Source of the DNA: Felis catus
Lineage: Eukaryota
NCBI RefSeq assembly: GCF_018350175.1
Contig: NC_058368.1
Location: forward strand, 115,260,001-115,324,000
Reading direction: 5' to 3'
Length of the DNA stretch: 64,000 bases
This document shows positions 25,880 through 37,878 of the stretch, piece by piece. Under the pieces are notes generated by a model, which saw only the letters and a program-made list of their open reading frames with translations, ran no database searches and was not told the DNA's origin. Both the position numbers and the translations under genes were made by a program. Position 1 is the stretch's first letter. Every line of letters begins with the position of its first letter.

Positions 25880-26543
25880 CATGAGTTGGCAAAATTTTCC
25901 TATAAAGGGCCAGATAGTAAATATTTTAGGCCTTGCAGACCATGTACTATCTCTGTCAGGTGCTGTCATTGTTTTGTCTTATTTTATTTTGTTTTTAATA
26001 ACCCCTTAAAAATGTAAAACTAGGGGCGCCTGGATGGCTCAGTCGGTTGAGCATTTGACTCCTTGATTTCAGTTCAGGTCATGATCTCAGGTTCATGGGA
26101 CTGAGTCCCACATTGGGCTCTTTGCTGACAGCACGGAGCCTGCTTCGGATTCTCTCTCTTCCTTTCTCTCTGCCTCTCCCCTGTGCATGAGCTCTCTCTC
26201 GTAAACAAACAAACTTAAAAAATGTGAAAAGGTGGCGCCTGGGTGGTTCAGTCGGTTGGCGTCTGACTTCAGCTCGGGTCATGATCTCACTGTTGGTGGG
26301 TTTGAGCCCTGCGTCGGGCTCTGCACTGACAGCTCAGAGCCTAGAGCCTCCTTCAGATTCCATGTCTTCCTCTCTCTCTGCACCTCCCCCCTCGCACTGT
26401 GTCTCTCTCTGTCTCTTGAAAATAAACAAATGTTAAAAAAAGTTAATAAAAAAAGTTTTAAAAAAACATACTTAGTTTTCTAGTTATAGAAACACAGGCT
26501 ATGAGCTAGAAGTGATACATGGGCCCTACTTTGTCAAACTCTG
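25880..26543 (+). mobile_element. MER58-like hAT-Charlie DNA transposon (contains two SINEs)
   Basis: TTGGCAAAATTTTCCTATAAAGGGCCAGATAGTAAATATTTTAGGCCTTGCAGACCA ... TTTGTCAAACTCTG. Flanks TTTTAATC / TTTTAAAC resemble an 8-bp hAT TSD. Confidence 0.8.
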
Positions 26544-26786
26544 TTTTAAACCACTAAGATTTTTTTTTTAATGTTTATTTTTGAGAGAGAAAGCACTTGC
26601 ACCTGCTGCACGCCGCAAGCAGGGGAGAGGGATAGGGGAGAGATAGGGAAAGAGGAAGACAGAGGATCCAAAGAAGGCTTTGCACTGGCATCAGAGAGCC
26701 TGAAGTGGGGCTCGAACTTAAAAACCGTGAGATCATGACCTGAGCCGAAGTAGGATGCTTAAACAACTAAGCCACCCAGGTGCCCC
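26022..26786. mobile_element. Three CAN-SINEs (+26022-26222, +26231-26465, -26560-26786)
   Basis: Three recognisable heads and tails; the last has TSD TAAACCACTAAGATTT. Confidence 0.92.
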
Positions 26787-27374
26787 TAAACCACTAAGAT
26801 TTGAGGTTGTTTGTTACCTAGACAGGTAACCAAAACAGTCCTTTTCTCCATGATACTAAAAAAAATGCAAGTAAAACATAAAACAAAGCCAAAAAATACA
26901 TAATTAATCAAATAACCACATAAAGGAGATGAGCCAGGCACAATGGGACTTAATGTCACTGAGGTTTTTAGGAAAGGCATCCCTCAAGTGGCAACATTTA
27001 GGCTGAGATTTGAAGGTTCACTAGAAGGTTGGAGGTGAAAGGAGCAGAAAGAGTATAATGGCCGAGCCATTTTGCTTCAGTGTGGGAGCTTCTGACCAGC
27101 AATTCTAGTTCCAGAGATTTCTGCTGGAGTGGCCAAGAGCCCACATCACACTTTTACTTCTTCCTCTACCTAATTCTTCTTCTGCTTTCTTCCTTGCGTA
27201 GGTGTTGCTCCCTAATAAACATCTTGAACCCTAAAGTCTGTTTTAGTGCCTGCCTCTGGAGAACTGAACCTGTGACACTTGCTAAAACAAAAAGGGAATT
27301 TATTTACCTTTGTAATTAGAAAGTCCCCAGGTGGAGTCCTGGGTTTCAAGCAGAACTTGATTCAGAGCTCCAAC

Positions 27375-27455
27375 AAGGGTGACTAACATGGACACAGGGA
27401 TTTCAGTGCTAAAACCAGGAAAATCCCAGGCACACAGGGATGATTAGCTAGTCTT
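27375..27455 (-). mobile_element. MER81-like hAT MITE with perfect 8-bp TSD, inside an MLT1K-like LTR
   Basis: AGGGTGACTAAC...TTTCAGTGCTAAAACCAGG... flanked by GCTCCAAC at 27367-27374 and 27456-27463. Confidence 0.75.
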
Positions 27456-27697
27456 GCTCCAACGTGTAACCAGGTCATGATGTCTCTTCATTTCTTGACT
27501 CTGCTTGCAGCTAGGTTGGATGATTCAGTCTCAGACTCTACAGGTAAGCAGCTCCAGACCCTATATTCTCTCAAGTTGGAATCCTACAAGAAGGGAACTA
27601 GTTTAGTCCCCTCATAGCTCTAGATGGTTGGATTCATTTGTACTGGCTTTCATCGGCCTTCTTGAGCCATGTGCCCATACACTTTATTTCTAGCTTA

Positions 27698-28500
27698 GTT
27701 TTTTTTTTTTTAATTGAGACATAATTCACATACTATAAAATTCACCCTTTTAAAGTATGCACTTCAGGGGCGCCTGAGTGGCTCACTTGGTTAAGCGACC
27801 AACTTTGGCTCTGGTCATAATCTCACACTTCTTGGGTTCAAGCCCCACGCCAGGCTCTATGCTGACAGCTCAGAGCCTGGAGCCTGCTTAGATTCTGTCT
27901 CCCCCTCTGTCTGCCCCCCACCCCCTGCTTGTGCTCTGTCTCTGTCTCTCTCTCTCAAATATAAATAGCCATTAAATAATAAAATAAAATAGTAAAGTAT
28001 GCAATTCAGTAAAAATAAACAAACATTAAGGTATGCAATTCAGTGTTTTTTTAGTATATTTACAGTGTTGCACAATGATCACTACTAGCTAATTCCAAAA
28101 TATTTTGATCACCTCAAGGAGAAACCCTGTATCCATTGGCAGTCACTCCCCATTCCCCTTTATCTACTCTGGATATTTCATATAAATGAAATCATATGTG
28201 TCCTCTTGTGAATTTTTTCTTTCACTTGGCATAATATTTTCAAAGTTCATCCATGTTGTAGCATACATCAGTACATCATACCTTTTTATGACTGAATAAC
28301 ATTGCAACTGTATGAATATAATAACATTTTCTTTATCTGTTTATCAGATAATGGACATTTTGGTCATTTCCATTTTTTGACTGACAGGAATAATGCTGCT
28401 ATGAACATTCATATTCAAGTTGTTGTTTGCACACCTGTTTTCAATTCCCCTGTATGTATCTAGGAGTGGAGTTTCGGGGTCATGTGGTAACTCTATGTAT
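27698..28500 (-). mobile_element. L1M (L1MB-like) 3' fragment, antisense, split by a SINE
   Basis: Poly-T followed by ATAATTCACATACTATAAAATTCACCCTTTTAAAG...TTCATCCATGTTGTAGCAT, typical of a reverse L1MB 3' end. Confidence 0.85.
27767..27992 (+). mobile_element. CAN-SINE inside L1M
   Basis: GGGGCGCCTGAGTGGCTC head; TSD TAAAGTATGCA(C/A)TTCA. Confidence 0.93.
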
Positions 28501-28729
28501 GCCCCCATTTTCAATCAAGAACTGTGGCTTAGAGGATGAAATGGTCTAATTGTTTTAAACCTAAGTCACATGCTCCATTCCTAGTGCTGAGGGTGGAGTC
28601 AGTCTCACTAGAACCACATGGATTGAGGAGACAATGATCGTTCACCAGAAGGAAATGAGGTACCATTACCAGATGGAAAATGAATGCACCCCAAGCAGCA
28701 AATCCACAGATGACCACTGCAAAGAGCTA

Positions 28730-28895
28730 CATTTATGGAATGCTTACTGTGAGCCAGACACTGTGCTAAGTATATGCATTATCTCTTTTACCCTTCACAA
28801 CAATCTCCTGAGGATTCTGTTATTCCTATTTTACAGATGAGGAAACTAAGTCTTAGAAAAGTTGAATAAGTTGCCCAAGTCTGTATAGCTGGGAG
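28730..28895 (-). mobile_element. MIR
   Basis: GCCAGACACTGTGCTAAG...ATTTTACAGATGAGGAAACTAAGTCTTAGAAAAGTTGAATAAGTTGCCCAAG. Confidence 0.8.
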
Positions 28896-30212
28896 TCTAA
28901 TTGCAAAGCAAAGCATCAGGGAAAAAAACAGATTCTGAGGTATGTTAAAATATATCTGCTAGAGGCTCTTGTATTTTGTATTCCCAATATTTTTATAATC
29001 ATTGGAGAGGAGTCTGTGTAACCAAAAATTTCCTTTCACATCATGGACAGGGAAGAACAGGTTTTTATAATGAAAAAATCAGTTGACTTTTTTCCTTTAG
29101 ATTTCCAAGTAAGCTTCCAATTTTGTCAGACCGCATCATTGGCATTGAAATTAAGTAGATATATTTCTCAGAAAGCCCCCATGCTTCTTGTAACCACTGA
29201 TGTTTTTCTAATAGGTCTAGCAGAAATTCAGCTAAATTCTTCTTGTCATGAGATTAGGAAATACAGAACTCTACATCAGGCTCTTAGCCTCCTTCAGATA
29301 CGATTTACAAGAGTCCTTATCTCAGGCTCGTCTGTGGTTCTTATGGTGAGGACCTAGGGCCAGGGATCTCCCCACTCAGTACTCTGGTAGTCCACAGCCT
29401 GGATGGTGTGAAACAGGTAGGACAGAGATGTGACGTTGCCAAAGAGTTGAAGGGGTATAAGGACTTGCATTTTGTTGCCCCACACTCTCTGCCAATTCCA
29501 AAACACTAGCCTTTCGAATGTCATGGCAGAATAACTTCATATGAAGCTGTATACTGTACCAGCTTCATATTAAAAAGCAGGCTTACAGCATCACACTGAC
29601 TCCTCCTTGAGAGACCCCTTCCTACCATCTCCTCCTCCCAATATATACACATTCCCACCAAGGAAACTTGCATCCTAAGCTCTTCAAAGATTTACTGCCA
29701 GTACCACAGACAAATTAGTGAATACTCTGGCAGTTGATTCCAAAGACAGGATGCTCATTTGCATGAGAAGTTGCATGTCATTTGCATTATATTTGCAACC
29801 ATTTGCATATCACCTCTTCCCTGTCAAAATGTACATAAATCCTTTCTACTTTCATTTTTTTATTCTCTAAAAAGGACTACGCCTCCACATCCTGCCCAGA
29901 CTGTCTGATAAAATTACTAGTTGAGTATTCCTAGCTTGATTGTGAAGAACCTCACATGCCACGCTGAGGAGACCTCAAGCGATATCAGAACTCAGTTTAA
30001 GATATTTTATTCATTCATTCATTTATTCAACAGATCTTTATTGAACACCTACAATGTGCCAGGCACTGTTTCAGGTGCTGAGGATATATCTGTGAACAAT
30101 GAAATTAAAAATAATTTACAACATTAAAAGTTAAATTCAGTCATTTCAGAAGATTACCTGGCACCACCCTGATCAATAAATATGAGTGCAAACTAATAGT
30201 AAAATCTCATCA

Positions 30213-30770
30213 AGGGGTGCCTGGGTGGCTCAGTCAGTTAAGTGTCTGACTCTGGATTTCAGGTCAGGTCATGATCTCACAGTTTGTGCGTTGGAGCCCT
30301 TCATTGGGCTCTGCACTAACAGTGTAGAGCCTCCTTGAGATTCTCTCTTTCTCTCTCTCTGCGCCTTCCCCCCTCAAAAATAAACATTAAAAATAAAACA
30401 AAATAAAATAAAATCTCTTCAAAGTACATTGTTATAAGTTGGTAATCTGTGTATTATAGACTATGCTTACTTTTTTTAAAAAATTAATCCTAGATTGTAT
30501 AACAAACGTTCTAATGGGTACTGAAGATCCCTGAGAATGAAGATCCATGAAGAACCCCAGGTTTAAGAAGAACCAAGTGGGGAGGGGCACCTGGGTGGCT
30601 CACTCAGTGAAGCATCTCACTCTTGGTTTCAGCTCAGGTCATAATCTCCTGGTTCATGAGTTTGAGCCCCACATCAGGCTCTTCACTAACAGCACAGAGC
30701 CCGCTCAGGGTCCTCTGTCTCCCTCTCTCTCTGCTATCCAGCCCCCTCAAAAATAAATACTTAAAGAGGA
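30213..30770 (+). mobile_element. Two CAN-SINEs (30213-30412, 30584-30770)
   Basis: Heads GGGGTGCCTGGGTGGCTCAG and GGGGCACCTGGGTGGCTCAC; the second has near-TSD AAGAAGAACCAA(G/C)TGGGG. Confidence 0.9.
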
Positions 30771-31361
30771 AGAAGAAGAACCAACTGGGGAGCCAGCAAA
30801 AGATTTAAGCAGGGAAATGACCTGAGTTTGTGTCTTGGAAAGATCACTCTGGCAGCTACATGGAGGGTAGAATCGAAGCTGCTCAGGACCAGAGATCCAA
30901 GAGAGGCTTTGATAGTCTGGGTGTGACTCATATGTGGGACTGTCCACACTGCCCGCTTCCTAAACCTATGGCCCCCTCACTGCTGTCAGTCAGAAATCGA
31001 GCCAAACCACATACATGGTGGCTTCAGAAGTTTTCAATAAAAATTTGTATACTACGGAGAGGGGGCGTATCACACCTTGTTTCACTTGAAAACTCAGTTC
31101 TAAACATGTCTATTCAGATTCTCTCATATAGCTGTAAGTGGTAGGTGCTTCTCAACTTTCTGTCAACCAGCCCTCAACTGACTCTATTCTCTCTCTTCTT
31201 GATTTTTTAAACTCTGGGACTCCAAACTCATCACCTCTTTATTTTGTAGAGCAATTCAGCTTCCACTCTGAAATCCCAGGGAATGTGGAAAAACAAAGGG
31301 CTCTTCAGTTCCAGCATCTATCCTGTAAGAGGTTATAAATAACATTTTTTAAAAGCCTGTC

Positions 31362-32586
31362 CTTTTTTTTTTTATTTTTTTTAACATTTATTTATTTTTG
31401 AGACACAGAGAGAGAGAGAGCATGAACAGGGGAAGGTCAGAGAAAGAGGGAGACACAGAATCCGAAACAGGCTCCAGGCTCTGAGCTGTCAGCACAGAGC
31501 CCGACACGGGGCTCGAACTCACGGACCGAGAGATCATGACCTGAGCCGAAGTCGGACGCTTAACCGACTGAGCCACCCAGGAGCACCAAAAGTCTGTCCT
31601 TAAGAGAAAGCTGTTAAGGACCTTATCAAGAGCAATACCTCTGTAATGCAGAGAAGAGAAAGAGTCATGGCTGAGAGTGAATCAGGACTGTAGAGGGGAA
31701 AGGAAGCCCATTTCCAAATATAAAGTCTCAAGGAGGTAGACCACAAAGAGCTATCATTAGGTCTTGGTCACGTGGTTAGGATGGATTGCTTGGTTCAGAT
31801 GTTCAGAGGTGCTCAGACAGGGTCTGGTTAAAAACCCATGTTAACACTAACCTATAAAGAAAAGAAGGGTAGTGAAGAAGTGATCAGAGAATATACAGCA
31901 ACAAAGAAAAGAATTTTAAGCCTGGGTGGCTCAGTCGGTTAAGCGTCCAACCCATGGTTTCAGCTAATGTCATGATCTCATGGTTTGTGAGATCGAGCCC
32001 CAAGTGGGACTCTGTGATGACAGTGCAGAACCCGTTCAGGATTCTCTCTCCCTCTCTCTCTGACCCTCTCCAGCTCAAGAATGCGTGCGCTCTCTCTCTC
32101 TTTCTCTCAAAATAAATAAACAAGCTTTAAAAAAATAGAAAAGAAAAGAGTTTCAAGAATGAAAGAGCTGGCAACATAAAACATTACAGAGATGGTCACC
32201 TGGGTGGCTCAGTCAGTTAAGCGTCCAACTCTGGTTTCCACTCAGGGCATGATGTCACGGTTGGTGAGTTTGAGCCCCATGTGGGGCTCTGTGCTGACAG
32301 CTCATATCTTGCTTGGATTTCTCTCTCTTGTGTTCTCTCTCTCTCTCTCAAAATAAATAAACTTAAAAAAAATCACAGAGGCACCTGGGTGGCTCAGTCA
32401 GTTAAGTGTCTGACTTCAGCTCAGGTCATCATCTCACAATTCACGGGTTTGAGATCCAAGTCGGACTCTGTGCTGACAATTCAGAGCCTGGAGCCTGCTT
32501 CAGATTCTGTGCCTCCCTCTCTCTCTGCCCCTACCCCACTCGCACTCTGTCTCTCTCTCTCTCTCAAAAATAAATAAACATAAACA

Positions 32587-32619
<33 letters not shown>

Positions 32620-32916
32620 ATCACAAAGAGGTCAAGTACAAGGACAACTGGAGGGAAGTCATTGGACCTAGCAGTTAAAGTGACTTTTCTTTTTTTTAAA
32701 AAAAAAAAAAATTTTAACATTTATTTATTTTTGAGACAGAGAGAGACAGAGCATGAACGGGGGAAGGTCAGAGAGAGGGAGACACAGAATCTGAAACAGG
32801 CTCCAGGCTCTGAGCTGTCAGCACAGAGCCCGACGCAGGGCTCGAACTCACGGACCGCGAGATCATGACCTGAGCCGAAGTCGGCCGCTTAATCGACTGA
32901 GCCACCCAGGCGCCCC
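31362..32916. mobile_element. Five CAN-SINEs (-31362-31587, +31920-32140, +32195-32372, +32378-32620, -32686-32916)
   Basis: Each has a recognisable tRNA-derived head, (CT)n and tail; (AAC)n tail at ~32588-32619. Confidence 0.92.
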
Positions 32917-32959
32917 TAAAGAGACTTTTCAAGAGTAGTTTTAGAGAAGTCTTCTGGGA

Positions 32960-33460
32960 GACACTGTTGGTTACTTATCCGAAAGCCTTTTTCCCACTCT
33001 TTTTCCTTACTAGTAAGAATTATCTCCCACTACAGACACTCAGAAATGCCAGATGCTTTCTCAATATCCCTTTTCGCAACTCTTTAAACCTAAGGGTAGA
33101 CAAGTGACCTAGTTCTGGACAAAGAGACTTGGGAGCAAGTCTGGAAGCTTCTGGAAAAGATTTTCCTACTCATTTCAATAGGTATCTTCAATCCTTTTCT
33201 TCCCCACCTTGGAAGTTGTCATAGAGGCTCATGCTGTACAAGCTGCAGCAGCCAACTTATGACTATAAGGGAACAAACCTGAAAATGGAACAAATACCCT
33301 AAGGATGGCAAATGAGAAAACCTGGATCCTTGATGACACTATTGAGTGGCTAAATTAACCAAACATGAAACTACTAACCTGTGGATTTCTTATTATGTGA
33401 GATAAATAAATGCCTTTACTCCTTAAATCACTGTTAGTCAACTATTCATTATTTACAATC
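32960..33460 (+). mobile_element. MLT1J/K-like LTR
   Basis: AAGTGACCTAGTTCTGGAC, GCTGCAGCAGCCAACTTATGACTATAAGGG, ACCTGGATCCTTGATGAC, TATGTGAGATAAATAAATGCC. Confidence 0.7.
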
Positions 33461-33621
33461 ATGATATGTGGTGGACATGGAAGCCAGAATTGCATTTATT
33501 CAGGAGGGAATGTAAAACCTAAAAGCAAATATTCTGTTCTCCAGTGGTTTCCACATGCCAATTAATGAACTAGCTGCATTAAAATTACGTGGGGATATTT
33601 CTTTAAAAATGGAACTTCCCA

Positions 33622-33788
33622 GAGCGCCTGGGTGGCTCAGTTGGTTAAGTATCCGACTTCAGCTCAGGTCATGATCTCACAGCTCCTGGGTTGGAGCCCC
33701 ACGTCAGGCTCTGTGCTGATAGCTCAGAGCCTAGAGCCTGCTTTGGATTGTGTGTCTTGCTCTCTCTCTGCCCCTTCCCTGCTCGTGC

Positions 33789-33823
<35 letters not shown>

Positions 33824-34210
33824 AATAAGCAAACATTAAAAAAAATTTTTTTAATAGAACTTCCAAGGGCACCTGGGTGGCTCAGTGGATTGAGTGTCTA
33901 ACCCTTGATTTCAGCTAAGGTCATGATGCCAGGGTCATGAGATCAGGCCTCGAGATGGGCTCCATGAGTCTGCTTAAGATTCTCTTTCTCTTGGGGCATC
34001 TGGGTGGCTTAATCGGTGAAGTGTCTGACTTCCACTCAGGTCATGAACTTGCCGTTAGTGAGTTCAAGCCCCACATCAGGCTCTGTGCTGACAGCTCAGA
34101 GCTTGGATCCCGCTTCAGATTCTGTGTCTCCCTCTCTTTCTGTTCCTACTCCACTCGCACTCTGTCTCGCTCTCTCTCAAAAATAAAGAACAAACAAACA
34201 AACAAATAAA
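33622..34210 (+). mobile_element. Three tandem CAN-SINEs
   Basis: Heads at ~33622, ~33867 and ~33993. Confidence 0.9.
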
Positions 34211-35269
34211 CAGAGGAGAGAAAATAAGAGAGGTTGAAGTCAGTGTTGAGGGAAGTTCAGCATCAGCCCCAGGGCAAGGCAGAGGTGCCCAAGATATTCA
34301 GTCCACCTGGGGGACCCCAGAATGAGCAGAGACAAATCCAACTTTGTGTGGCCTCCAAGAAGGATGCTGCTGCTGTTTTCATGCAGGTCTACGGGGTTGT
34401 CATCTAGATATGGTAACCGGTGGCCTGAAAAAAAAATGGGCTGCTCCATACAGGAGATAAAAAGGAAATTCTGTCCAAGCAGGTGTCACACTAATTTGGC
34501 AAGAGGCTGGGTACTGATTTGCATATGTCAACATCCTCTTCCCCCTCCCCCCCCCCTCCTCAATCAAGGCTAGTTTCAAGCCGCTCCCTGAGGAGGAGCA
34601 TCAGAAAAATGCAGCCTTGTAGGAGGGATGAAAAAGAGACTTTCTAAGGAGAGAAGGCCAGGAAGGGAGAGTAGAGATGGCTATAGTATTATAACTCTAA
34701 TTTCCCTTCCTCTTTGTTCCTGCAGGCTCAGTGGGAGGAAAGGAAAACAAACCAACACTATCAAAGGTCTATTTTCTGTCCAGTCCTATGGTGAAGGCTT
34801 TTACCTTAATCCTCTTAACAATGCTACAAGTCCAAGATCAAACCCAAGTAAGGCAAGTAGAGTTTGGGGGAAGAAGTGTCACACGACTAGAGAGAGGCCA
34901 CATTAGGACCCCAGCACAGGTCAGTCTGAGTCAAATTCTGAGCTGTTTTCCACGTAATGAGCTGAGTGGTACTTTCTGTGAGTGTCAAAGATTAATTGAT
35001 CCTGTAGCCAGTATAGATGCTAAAGCGTAGAGCACTGACTTGCAGGAGAGGACTCAATTTCCCTAATTCCCAGGGCACCTAGGGACACACAGAGTGATGA
35101 GTAAGATTATCATCCACCAATAATAATAACAAAACAACAATGAGAGCCACTACCTCTTGAGATGTTACTAAGTGCCAAGCACTATTTTAAGTGCAGTATA
35201 CGTATTATCTAATATTTATCTTCACAATAATCCCACGAGGCAGCCAACAATTATCCTTTCATGCACCCG

Positions 35270-36350
35270 TGGTACATCTAAAATACTGATCACATACTAG
35301 ACCAGAGAGCTCATCTCATCAAACATAAAAAAAAAAAAAAATCAATAGACTACTTTCTCTAATCAAAATAGAAGTTAGCAACAGAAAGATAACAAGGCAC
35401 CCACGCATTTGGATACACTTCTAAACTCATGGGACAAAAAAATAAATCAAAATGGAGTTATTTAGAAATGAAAGTTAGCAAGTTAGCTGTGGAAGGCAGA
35501 TAAAGTGATACTTAAAGGGAAATGTGTGGATTTAAATGCTTATATAAGAAAATCAAACGTTGAAACAAAGTATCCAACTTAAGAAGTTAAGAAAGTGGGG
35601 CGCCTGGGTGGCACAGTCGGTTAAGCGTCCGACTTCAGCCAGGTCACGATCTCGCGGTCCGTGAGTTCGAGCCCCGCGTCAGGCTCTGGGCTGATGGCTC
35701 GGAGCCTGGAGCCTGTTTCCGATTCTGTGTCTCCCTCTCTCTCTCTGCCCCTCCCCCGTTCATGCTCTGTCTCTCTCTGTCCCAAAAATAAATAAACGTT
35801 GAAAAAAAAAATTAAAAAAAAAAAAAAAAAAGAAGAAGAAAGAACAGATTAATCCAAATGAGAGTAGGAGTTAAAATCATAAGACAAAAGGGGTGCCTGA
35901 GTGGCGCAGTCGGTTGAGCGTCCGACTTCAGCCAGGTCACGATCTTGCGGTCCGAGAGTTCGAGCCCCGTGTCAGGCTCTGGGCTGATGGCTCAGAGCCT
36001 GGAGCCTGTTTCCGATTCTGTGTCTCCCTCTCTCTCTGCCCCTCCCCCGTTCATGCTCTGTCTCTCTCTGTCCCAAAAATAAATAAATGTTGAAAAAAAA
36101 ATTTTTTTTAAAAATCATAAGACAAAAACAAAAATTAATTAGAAAATAGAGATACTATAGAGGATCTAGAAAACGTTTTGATAAGTTCAATCAAGAAAAA
36201 GAAACGATATAAGTAAAGAATATCAAAAAATGTTTAAAGGAGACATACCTGAAGATAAAGCAGAAAATTTAGTCATGAGGAAATACTGTAAAGAATATTT
36301 TAGGTTAATAAATCTCAAATTTTTGGCAAAGTGGATAATTACCCTCAAAA
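35270..36350 (+). mobile_element. Old L1 ORF2 (endonuclease-adjacent) fragment split by two young SINEs
   Basis: A-rich degenerate L1 ORF2 motifs (ACTGATCACATACTAGACCA, GCAGATAAAGTGATACTTAAAGGGAAAT). Confidence 0.65.
35597..36112 (+). mobile_element. Two youngest-type feline CAN-SINEs (35597-35830, 35890-36112)
   Basis: CAGCCAGGTCACGATCT diagnostic, CpGs intact; the second has TSD AAAATCATAAGACAAAA. Confidence 0.95.
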
Positions 36351-36717
36351 TGGAAAGGCAATCCTATAACTGAGATATTCATTATTATTATTCCTTTTCC
36401 ACAAATGAGGAAACTGAGGAACAAAGAGAAACTTGTTCAGATTCCCATAGCCAATAATACATAGAGTCAGGATTGAAGGCGTAGCCAGTGAACCTCCAAT
36501 TCATGCTTTCTCCCTCCCTCCTACACTTACTGTGCACCTGCCTGGCACCAGTCCTTGAGCCAGGGATTACAGGACTAAGAAACAAAGTTCTTGACCTCAG
36601 GAAGCTCCCAATATAGAAGAGGCTAAGACCAAAACTAAGGTGAGTCAAGTGAAGGGCACAAAAATGAGGGGTATATTTACTTTCACCTGCACAGCTCTCT
36701 TTAAACTCGGCACCTTA

Positions 36718-37030
36718 GGGTCGCCTGGGTGGCTCAGTAGGTTGAGCGTCTCTCTTTGACTCAGGTCATGACCTCACGGTTCATGAGTTCGAGCCCCAGA
36801 TTGGGTTCTGTGCTTATATCTCAGAGCCCGGAGCCTGCTTCAGATTCTGTTTCTCCTTCTCTCTCTGCCCCTACCCTGTGCATTCTCTCTCTTTCTCTCT
36901 CTCTCTCAAAAATAAATAAACCTTAAACTTGGCACCCTAGTTTCAGCCGGTTAAGTATCTGACTCTTGATCTCAGTTCAGGTCTTGATCTCAGGGTCCTG
37001 AGTTCAAGCGCTACATGGGGTAGAAAGAAA
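36718..37030 (+). mobile_element. CAN-SINE plus partial SINE
   Basis: Full element 36718-36925 with near-TSD TTAAACT(C/T)GGCACC, followed by a partial head. Confidence 0.88.
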
Positions 37031-37139
37031 AACATGGCACCCTAGTCCTGGCCCTGTTAATAAGCATAATCACAAATACAAAGTTACATGCTTTGTAAAC
37101 TGTTTCTCAACTTAAAACAGGTAAGAATTCTAAACCATG

Positions 37140-37660
37140 GATGTGAGGAAAGGGCATTCCAGGCAGAGGGACTACTACGAGCAAAGGACAGAGCAAGGAA
37201 ACAGAATGATCCCTGGTGGGAACTATAAGCAGTCTGGTATTTCTGAGGCATACAAATCAATGCAAGGTAGAGAATGGCAGAAGAGAAGCTAGAGAGATAG
37301 CCAAGACCCAGGTCATCAAAGCTACTTTATATCATGCGAAGGAGTTTAGACTTTACCCTAAGGGCTTAAGCAGAGGAGTGTCACAGGCATAGTTGTATTT
37401 TAGAAAGAGCCCTCCAGCAGGATTTCGGATGGGAGTGGGGGTGGGAACAAGGTTGAAGGCAAAGAGATGAGTTAGGAGGCTGTAACAACATCCAGGCAAG
37501 ACATGAAGAAAGCTTGAACTAGGATAATGAGCGGTTGAAGTGAAGAACAGGAAATGGATTTATGAAGTATTTGAGAAGTAAAATTGGCAGGACTTAGCAG
37601 CTGATTGAATGTGGAAGAGGAAAGTGTGGAAAGAATCAAGAATGAGGTCCCTTACCACTC
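37140..37660 (-). mobile_element. L2 fragment (antisense)
   Basis: GGGCATTCCAGGCAGAGGGA, AAGGAGTTTAGACTTTACCC, GTTAGGAGGCTGTAACAACATCCAGGCAAGA. Confidence 0.75.
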
Positions 37661-37878
37661 ACTTTCTATCATGAATAACTGGAGGGCAAGTGGTAACACC
37701 AACTTCCATCCGTGTCTCAGTTCATTTATACATCTAATAATCTATCCATGTGTTTAGTCATTCATTCATTCATTCATTCATTCATTTTTTTATTATATAT
37801 CCATATGTCCACCCATCTCTATATCTATCCTTTGATCAAATTCTCGTGTCAAAGTACCTTGAAGAATGCGTGTATATA

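Larger units (their letters stand above)
25430..26835 (+). mobile_element. MLT1 LTR interrupted by MER58 and three SINEs
   Basis: CCCTTTGAATCTAGGCTGG...GACCAATAAAGTACAGAAGTGATGC; terminus CCACTAAGATTTGAGGTTGTTTGTTACC...AACCAAAACA. Confidence 0.75.
27278..28700 (-). mobile_element. MLT1K-like LTR remnants hosting MER81 and the L1M insertion
   Basis: AAAAAGGGAATTTATTTACCTTTGTAATTAGAAAGTCC...; resumes ~28510 (AAGTCACATGCTCCATTCC). Confidence 0.55.
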
